From an uncultured Alphaproteobacteria bacterium (lineage in GTDB: Bacteria > Pseudomonadota > Alphaproteobacteria > CAAGCB01 > CAG-977), in contig CALDOX010000015.1 in the NCBI GenBank assembly GCA_937912005.1, positions 284,133 through 348,132 on the forward strand: a stretch of DNA of 64,000 nucleotides. The letters are read 5' to 3'. Below, one piece after another: positions 57,619 to 64,000 of this stretch. The notes beneath the pieces are model-generated. The model had not been told where the DNA came from. It saw only the letters and a program-made list of their open reading frames with translations, and made no database searches. A program made the position numbers and the translations under genes. The stretch's first letter is position 1. Every line of letters starts with the position of its first letter.

Positions 57619-59922
57619 TTAGCTTTTCTCTTTCTTTGAATCAGCTATATAGTCATAAACAGCTGTAGCCGTATCATAAAACGATGAGGTTGATTTAAAG
57701 GGTGTGTTATGAATGCCGGCATTTAATGCTTTTCTGATTTTTTCTTTTATCATATCCGTTGATGCTTTTTCCGGAAGAGTAAAAACATATTCCGAATCAT
57801 CATTTAATATTCCCTGAGTTGTGATAACCGTTTTATCCAATCCCAATAATTCAGAAATACATCCCGATGAATTAGCCAGACTTTTTTCTCTTAATTGAAC
57901 GCCGACATCTACGGAAGCCATTAAAGAAAGCCATTTTTTTCGATCAGGATTTTCTTCCAATATGATAAAATCTTCGTTGATATAATTTGAAGAAACGCCT
58001 TGTCCTGCTATTAGCAGTTTTATATTCATTCCTTCTTTTATAAGTTCTCTAACGGCAATAATAATATCGTTTGTCCTTTTTTCGTTTTCGGAAGGCGTAC
58101 CGAAAACGCCAACTAAAAAGAAATCTTTTGAATGATAATAAGGCTGTACTTTTTCACGAATTTTATTTACAGGCAATTTTAATGTAAATATATCAAGATC
58201 TTTATATGTATTATCTTTCAACTCATTGAGCATGAATTCCGTATTTTTTTCGGTAAAAGATATTATTTTCTTTATCTTTGTTGAATTTATCAGGATTCTA
58301 AGAAGAACAATCTGCTTTTCATTAAGATAAGGTAATAACTTATCTTCCGTTATTCCGTTTAATGCAATCTGATACTCGGGATAATATAAAGAAACGGCAT
58401 TTAACAATGTTTCCATATTATTATCAAAAGTGTGATAAAGCCCCCAAACAGCCGTAGCATCGGGAAGAATCAGGTATCTGTTTTCCTCATCGCTTGTTTT
58501 ACACGCTAAATCAAAGACACGTTTGTGATGCTGAGACGAACCTATTTCAAATAATTTTGCATCATATTCCGTATATTTACAGGCATCTTCAAAAGATTCT
58601 ATCGGAAATACTATTTTTGCGGCCTTTTTATGCAAGGAACGAAGGTGGTCAAGTTCGGCAAAATTTTTAACATCAACGAAAATATCAAATTTATCGTGAC
58701 GTTCCGAATAAATCTGTACGGCGGTTTCGGCGCAAGCACCGGAGCCGGCAAGAAATATGGCGTTTTTATGAAGTTTTACAATTTGGCGTTTCTTTAACTT
58801 GCAAAGCGTGTCATAAACAATATTCGCCGCATTTTGCCATGTGTAGATTTTTAATAAATTTTGTCCGAAATTAAAAGTTCGTACACACAGGTCGTTATCG
58901 TTATACAATTCAATAATTTTATTTGCAATTTCATCGCTGTCTGTCGGATCAAACGAAGCTTCCGGCATTATAAATTCTTTGATGGCGGAACAATTTGATC
59001 CGAAAGCCGGCGTTCCTATTGCATACGCTTCCAATACAGGCAATCCAAGTCCTTCTATATATGCGGGATGAATCAATGCACGAGAGGACGATATAATATC
59101 TATCATTTCTTCGTCAGAAATGTAATTTGTAGCAATAATGTTTTTTCCAAGAGTTAAACCAAACTTTGAAATCGCATTTTCTATGTTTTTTTTATACTGT
59201 TCCCCACATTTACAGATTAAAAAAAGTCGGGCATCCTGCGGAATTTTTCCGGAAGTGTACGCTTTCGCAAAAGCGATGGAAAGATTTACATAGTTTTTTC
59301 CGATATGATCGCCGCTGATATCAACAACATCATTTTTTCTCTCTGCCGGATTATATGTGCATTGGCGATACAAATTTTCATTGGCCCCTCCCCAAATGGG
59401 GGTGAAATCTTCTTCTTTGTTTCTTTTCATAAAACGAAGAGCGTCTTGTTTTGTAAAAAGAGAAATCGTAAAGAAATGGTCAAACCATTGTAACGCTTCA
59501 AAATATCTTAAAAAATTTAATTTCGATTGGAAATCGGGCATAAATTCGCCCACATAATCCATAGTTATAAGATCATACAGAATTAATACTTTTTGATCGC
59601 AGTGCTTAATAACGTTTTTCGGAAAAACAAGATCTATTTTGGATGCGTTGCTATCAATATAGTCTAAAAAAAATGACGTTCCGACAATATAAAAATCGAA
59701 ATGAGTTTTTATATCGTATTGATCGAAAATTTCAAAAACATATGTATCGGATATCTTGCTGTATTCTTTTATAAAAGACGGATATTCCGCTTTCCCGGAA
59801 ATGAGAAATGAAATTTTAAGGTTTTGGTTTAATATCAGTTTTTCTAATAATCCCTCTATATAACGACCAATGCCTCTTCTTAATAAAAGCTGTACGCCTC
59901 TCAAATCAAATAATATGTTCAT
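57619..59922 (-). CDS. two-module glycosyltransferase (GT4-like N-half plus a second GT-B-like half)
   Basis: 'EGLGLPVLEAYAIGTPAFGS' E-x7-E region at about residue 290. The second half has 'LIAGQG...' and a C-terminal GT-B-like pattern. Confidence 0.75.
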   Translation of the reverse strand: MNILFDLRGVQLLLRRGIGRYIEGLLEKLILNQNLKISFLISGKAEYPSFIKEYSKISDTYVFEIFDQYDIKTHFDFYIVGTSFFLDYIDSNASKIDLVFPKNVIKHCDQKVLILYDLITMDYVGEFMPDFQSKLNFLRYFEALQWFDHFFTISLFTKQDALRFMKRNKEEDFTPIWGGANENLYRQCTYNPAERKNDVVDISGDHIGKNYVNLSIAFAKAYTSGKIPQDARLFLICKCGEQYKKNIENAISKFGLTLGKNIIATNYISDEEMIDIISSSRALIHPAYIEGLGLPVLEAYAIGTPAFGSNCSAIKEFIMPEASFDPTDSDEIANKIIELYNDNDLCVRTFNFGQNLLKIYTWQNAANIVYDTLCKLKKRQIVKLHKNAIFLAGSGACAETAVQIYSERHDKFDIFVDVKNFAELDHLRSLHKKAAKIVFPIESFEDACKYTEYDAKLFEIGSSQHHKRVFDLACKTSDEENRYLILPDATAVWGLYHTFDNNMETLLNAVSLYYPEYQIALNGITEDKLLPYLNEKQIVLLRILINSTKIKKIISFTEKNTEFMLNELKDNTYKDLDIFTLKLPVNKIREKVQPYYHSKDFFLVGVFGTPSENEKRTNDIIIAVRELIKEGMNIKLLIAGQGVSSNYINEDFIILEENPDRKKWLSLMASVDVGVQLREKSLANSSGCISELLGLDKTVITTQGILNDDSEYVFTLPEKASTDMIKEKIRKALNAGIHNTPFKSTSSFYDTATAVYDYIADSKKEKS

Positions 59923-60212
59923 ATTTTATCTCCGAACTTAATATTTTCACGTTCTTTTAAAATTCTCATGGAATCAAATCTCATCAATTCCTTTTCAAAA
60001 GAATGAGATTGTTCTGAACATTTTTGATATTTTCTGTAAAATCGAATTCCTAAAAAATACTTCTTTGTTGTATTATTTTTTTTAACACATTTATATACGG
60101 GAATATTAAAAACTCGGATGACGGTTTTATTTTCTTTTTTTTGTTTTTTATAAATGAATTTAAACATTATTAAAGGCCTTTCATTCCATAAAACTGTTAA
60201 ATTTGTTTTCAA
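59919..60212 (-). CDS. small basic hypothetical protein
   Basis: An ORF only, K-rich. It overlaps both neighbours by a few nt, consistent with operon packing. Confidence 0.3.
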   Translation of the reverse strand: MKTNLTVLWNERPLIMFKFIYKKQKKENKTVIRVFNIPVYKCVKKNNTTKKYFLGIRFYRKYQKCSEQSHSFEKELMRFDSMRILKERENIKFGDKI

Positions 60213-60804
60213 TAATCATTTCAAAGTTTGGATTATCAATAGTTATATCGGTAAATTTTTGTTCGCGAACTAGGCGATCGTAATTCTCGATATTGCGATA
60301 TTTTATGATTTTAGCCGGATTTCCTCCGACAACAGCGCATTTCGGAACGGATTTCGTAACGACGCTTCTTGCTGCTATGACGGCACCTTCTTCAATTTTA
60401 ACACCGGGCAAAATAGTAACATCACGTCCTATCCAGACGTTATCTCCTATCTCGACGGGTCTGGCTACGCATTGATGATTGAAAGGAAGCATTTCCTCAT
60501 TTTCATAACGGTGTGAATTATTAAAAAGACGCACGCCATTAGCTATTATAACATGGTTTCCGATTTTAACGCCGGCCGGGCCACCGTATATTTCTCCACC
60601 ACCTATCCAACATCCTTTACCGCAAGTAATATATTCGCGTCCGTAAATAAAAGTTGAAGGGGCAATAATACAGTCTTCAAAAGGCTGTTGAAAAGGAGCT
60701 TTATTTGTCAAATTCAGATACTTGATACGATAATGCTCTTTTCGTTTGCCGAAACAAATGTGCGACAATAATCGGTAACGTAATTTTTTAAACATTACAA
60801 TCAA
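60181..60804 (-). CDS. hexapeptide-repeat (LbH) O-acetyltransferase
   Basis: Left-handed beta-helix repeats ('[13 protein letters not shown]', '[31 protein letters not shown]'). Confidence 0.8.
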   Translation of the reverse strand: MIVMFKKLRYRLLSHICFGKRKEHYRIKYLNLTNKAPFQQPFEDCIIAPSTFIYGREYITCGKGCWIGGGEIYGGPAGVKIGNHVIIANGVRLFNNSHRYENEEMLPFNHQCVARPVEIGDNVWIGRDVTILPGVKIEEGAVIAARSVVTKSVPKCAVVGGNPAKIIKYRNIENYDRLVREQKFTDITIDNPNFEMIIENKFNSFME

Positions 60805-62153
60805 CCTCTCTCCTGTATAAGCTTCCTAAAAATTTGCATATAATCATGGGAGACATCTTTCCATGTTCGTTTTGTATACGCATCGATAATATGTTTTTGT
60901 TTTTCAATATGCGGTTCGGGATTAGCCAGAATGTCTTCGATTTTATCGGCCAGTCCTTTGTCATCGTCCAAAGCTGTCCAATTTAAATCAGCGCTTTCTA
61001 AAGAAAGACCGTTTAATTCCAGACTTTCTTTTATTCCCCAAGATATGGTGTGAATAACGGGAATATTTCCGACCGACAAGGCCTCCAAAGCCTGACCGCT
61101 CATCCCCATTCCTTCGATAATGGTCGGAACGACGACTAAGGAAGAGTATTTATATAAAGCATACAGGTCGTTTTCCGGAACAGTGCCTATTTGAAAAATA
61201 CTTTTTTCCAATTTGTTTTGATGAATGAAATCCGCGCATTTTTTTGTTTCATAAAAATTGCCGGTAGTAACAATCGATATCTCGATACCTTTATCTTTTA
61301 AACGTTTCAAAGCGTTTAGCAGTAAAATAACGTTTTTATTCGGTCGATTTTGCGACGCGTATGGAATATATGCTCCATTGATTTTAAATTTATCCCGAAA
61401 CTCGTTTTCCGAAATCAATTGATCGGGTTTAAAATCCCTAACCATCGGCGGAAAAGGAATAATCGTTGTTCTGTCCGGCGTCAGGTTTGTAACATACTTC
61501 AACAACTGTTCGTCACGGATATATTTCCCGGAAGTAACAAAGTATGTTCCTTCGTTTGCATATTCTTTTAAATTTTCAACGGCATATTGATTAATGTTGT
61601 CAATATGCGGATAAGTTTCTCGAAATAAATCCGCCAGAGGAATCGTAAACAAATCATGCAACATAAATACTTTGGGACATTTGAAATAATGCCCAAGCTT
61701 TAAGGAAACAGTGTCGCTAAAAACAATATCCGATTTTGATTCTGAGGCTAAATCAGCTAAAGATTTTATTGTTTTTATCAAAAACTTCTTCTTTTTATCT
61801 CTAACCCTTCCGCTTTTTTGTTTATATTTTTCTTTTCTCTTTTTTAAAACAACAGACAATAAAGAATAAAAGTTTTGTTTTAATGTGTAAAACAGATATT
61901 TATTCCAAGGAATTTCGTACCATTTCAGTATTCGCTGTTGCCGCGTAATAAATCTGATACGATTTTGAAACCTGTCGAAATAAGTTTTCATTCCAGTTTT
62001 TAATTCCGGAATATTTATTTCGTTTGTAAAAATATCGATTGAAACATCCGGATAATTTTCCAAAAGGGATTGGAAAACAAAAGAGTTATAGACACAGATG
62101 CCTTCTCTGTGCGAAACAAAAACATCATAAGAAAAATCAAATGCTAATTTCAT
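60801..62153 (-). CDS. GT4/GT1-family glycosyltransferase
   Basis: '[21 protein letters not shown]' E-x7-E region. GT-B length. Confidence 0.75.
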   Translation of the reverse strand: MKLAFDFSYDVFVSHREGICVYNSFVFQSLLENYPDVSIDIFTNEINIPELKTGMKTYFDRFQNRIRFITRQQRILKWYEIPWNKYLFYTLKQNFYSLLSVVLKKRKEKYKQKSGRVRDKKKKFLIKTIKSLADLASESKSDIVFSDTVSLKLGHYFKCPKVFMLHDLFTIPLADLFRETYPHIDNINQYAVENLKEYANEGTYFVTSGKYIRDEQLLKYVTNLTPDRTTIIPFPPMVRDFKPDQLISENEFRDKFKINGAYIPYASQNRPNKNVILLLNALKRLKDKGIEISIVTTGNFYETKKCADFIHQNKLEKSIFQIGTVPENDLYALYKYSSLVVVPTIIEGMGMSGQALEALSVGNIPVIHTISWGIKESLELNGLSLESADLNWTALDDDKGLADKIEDILANPEPHIEKQKHIIDAYTKRTWKDVSHDYMQIFRKLIQERG

Positions 62154-62162
62154 TTTTTTTCT

Positions 62163-62798
62163 TTACATATAGTTCATATTTCTGGCGGGATTTCCAAGCA
62201 TACAGCAATTATCACCACACCCCTTGTAAACAGCGGATAACGGCGCGATCTTGTTATTGTTGCCGATCTTGGAATGAGGCAATAAAACGGCAGACGTACC
62301 GATTGAATTCAAGTCGCCAACCTTACATCCGCCAAGCAGTTGAGCTTGCGGGGCAACGAAATTATAATCACTTACGGAAACATGATGTGCTGTAAAACTA
62401 TAACTGTTAAAGACGTTTGCATTACCGATAACAGCTTCCGGAGAAACAATAGTATGCGGCGCAAATATATTTCCTTCGCCGATTTGAGCCTCAGGACTAA
62501 TAATTGCCGAAGGGTCAATCAATGTGAAGAATGGAATTTTATTGTGGAATGTTTCGAATAATTTCGAGCGAATTTCAACATTTCCGCTACCGACAATCAA
62601 GGCGTCGTTTTCGCTGAATTTTATCTCGGTATAGTCTCCGCGAAATAAAAATTGCATTTTTCCCAAATTTGGAACAAAACCGCTTTCTCCTAAAAAACCG
62701 GAAAAATTTATTTTCTGATCAATAGACATCATTCGCTTAAGGTAAAAAGCGCATTCCAACGCAAAGCCTTGTCCTCCGACGATATAAATATTTTTCAT
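62163..62798 (-). CDS. NeuD/PglD-family sugar N/O-acyltransferase
   Basis: N-terminal 'IYIVGGQGFALE' Rossmann-like subdomain plus C-terminal hexapeptide repeats. Confidence 0.75.
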   Translation of the reverse strand: MKNIYIVGGQGFALECAFYLKRMMSIDQKINFSGFLGESGFVPNLGKMQFLFRGDYTEIKFSENDALIVGSGNVEIRSKLFETFHNKIPFFTLIDPSAIISPEAQIGEGNIFAPHTIVSPEAVIGNANVFNSYSFTAHHVSVSDYNFVAPQAQLLGGCKVGDLNSIGTSAVLLPHSKIGNNNKIAPLSAVYKGCGDNCCMLGNPARNMNYM

Positions 62799-62801
62799 CT
62801 T

Positions 62802-64000
62802 TCACCTTTTCTTTTTAAACCTATCGCCGAACAAATCGTTGGTTGTCAGGTTGAATTTGACGGGAATTTTGAACGGTTCGAGCTTTTCTTTACAGTAAGC
62901 GCGCAGCTTCTTGATAAAATCGCGGTTGTTGTTTTCTTCCGCGACTTTGACTTCCGCAGCAACGACTTTTCCCATTAACGGATGCGGTTCACCGTAAATA
63001 CGGACGTCCAAAACGCCTTCGCATTCCAACAATGCGCTTTCAACTTCGATCGGATAGACTTTTTCCCCGCCGACATTGATCAAGTCGGTCGTGCGGCCCA
63101 GAATTTTGATATAATCGCCTTTGACTTCCACTTTGTCTTTGGTATTAAACCAACCGTCCGCATCAAAAGGAGACGGAGCATTCAAATATCCCATCATCGC
63201 GGATTTCGCTTTGATATACAGAATATCGTCAACGATTTTCGTTTCAAATCCTTCGCCGCCCAATTTCATCCACAAAGATGTGTTGTCTTCTGACTTCGTG
63301 GGCATAATGCCGACTTCCGACAAACCGTAAGTTTGCTTCAGTTTAACGTTCGGCAAAATCTTGTTCATCGCTTTCAATGTCGATTCCGGCATCGGTTCCG
63401 TGCCGTATGTCATCATCTTTAAACACGACAGATCGTATTTTTCATAAGTTTTGTTCAGTAAAATCAAATTGATGAAAGTTGGCGATGTCGGCAACAACTC
63501 AATTTTGTATTTTTCAATCAGAGAACAGACTTCGTCGGGCGAACGCGTTTTTAAAGTGATGATCGTTCCGCCGTTGGCTATCGTGTGCATCATCGTATTG
63601 AAACCGCCGATATGATCAAATAACAGAAAAGTAACGGTCGTCAGCGTTTTACCGGGCTTTTTAAACTTTTCCAGTAAAAAGGTCAAATCGTGCAAAGCCG
63701 CTTTCGGTTCGCCGGTCGTCCCCGAAGAAAACAAAATCAGCCCCGGAGCCTTTTCTTCTTTCAGTTTCAGCAACATCGGGTGGGATACAGTCATTCCCGT
63801 CGATTTCACAACGGGAGCGTTTCCGCTGATGTCGATAAAGTATTCGCTTTCCGAAATGCGGACGTAATTGTCAATCGCTTTGATCGTTTGGGAAATGGGA
63901 ACAATGATAGCGTTGTGTTCAATCAATGCTAAAAATAACGCGATCGACTGCGGTTTGAAATCCGCCAGTAAAGACACAACGCTTTCCTCCGGAATGTTCG
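62802..64000 (-). CDS. AMP-dependent synthetase/ligase (acyl-CoA/acyl-carrier ligase-like), 5' end outside the window
   Basis: 'LFSSGTTGEPKA' AMP-binding motif and 'YGLSE'. The frame stays open from the track start (GTG 63977) to the window edge. Confidence 0.8.
   Translation of the reverse strand, partial: NIPEESVVSLLADFKPQSIALFLALIEHNAIIVPISQTIKAIDNYVRISESEYFIDISGNAPVVKSTGMTVSHPMLLKLKEEKAPGLILFSSGTTGEPKAALHDLTFLLEKFKKPGKTLTTVTFLLFDHIGGFNTMMHTIANGGTIITLKTRSPDEVCSLIEKYKIELLPTSPTFINLILLNKTYEKYDLSCLKMMTYGTEPMPESTLKAMNKILPNVKLKQTYGLSEVGIMPTKSEDNTSLWMKLGGEGFETKIVDDILYIKAKSAMMGYLNAPSPFDADGWFNTKDKVEVKGDYIKILGRTTDLINVGGEKVYPIEVESALLECEGVLDVRIYGEPHPLMGKVVAAEVKVAEENNNRDFIKKLRAYCKEKLEPFKIPVKFNLTTNDLFGDRFKKKR

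Overview
This 64-kb chromosomal window is most likely from an alphaproteobacterium. The evidence is a MucR/Ros regulator, a DUF1150-Hsp20 pair, the kdsD-lptC-lptA-lptB-rpoN-hpf-ptsN block and Omp25/31-like barrels. It also has an anaerobe-type trait, the [FeFe]-hydrogenase maturase HydG. This taxonomic call is inference only. I call about 70 protein genes and 2 tRNAs (Ala-CGC, Leu-CAG). I found no rRNA, CRISPR array, transposase or integrase. Positions 1-47 kb are mostly housekeeping: envelope lipoproteins, LPS transport, sigma-54, thrS-infC, ligA-recN-bamD, queA. Embedded there are a gshA-type ligase/ATP-grasp/esterase/Ntn-amidohydrolase operon and a 1,177-aa membrane protein with a TolA-like repeat tail. 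The most unusual content is at 47-57.6 kb. Four paralogous small proteins carry an intact colicin-E/pyocin-S-type H-N-H DNase motif but no trafficking domains. One of them is followed by a SUKH/SMI1-type immunity-like gene, and three form a tandem array with no immunity gene. Next come a solo LuxR HTH, a Fic-fold protein with a degenerate active-site motif, an apparently 5'-truncated HNH remnant, and an orphan phage tail-fibre-like gene preceded by a promoter plus terminator leader. From 57.6 kb to the window end lies a markedly AT-richer surface-polysaccharide cluster (glycosyltransferases, two acetyl/acyltransferases, an AMP-ligase running off the window). All functional calls come from motif recognition by eye. 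No database search was run.
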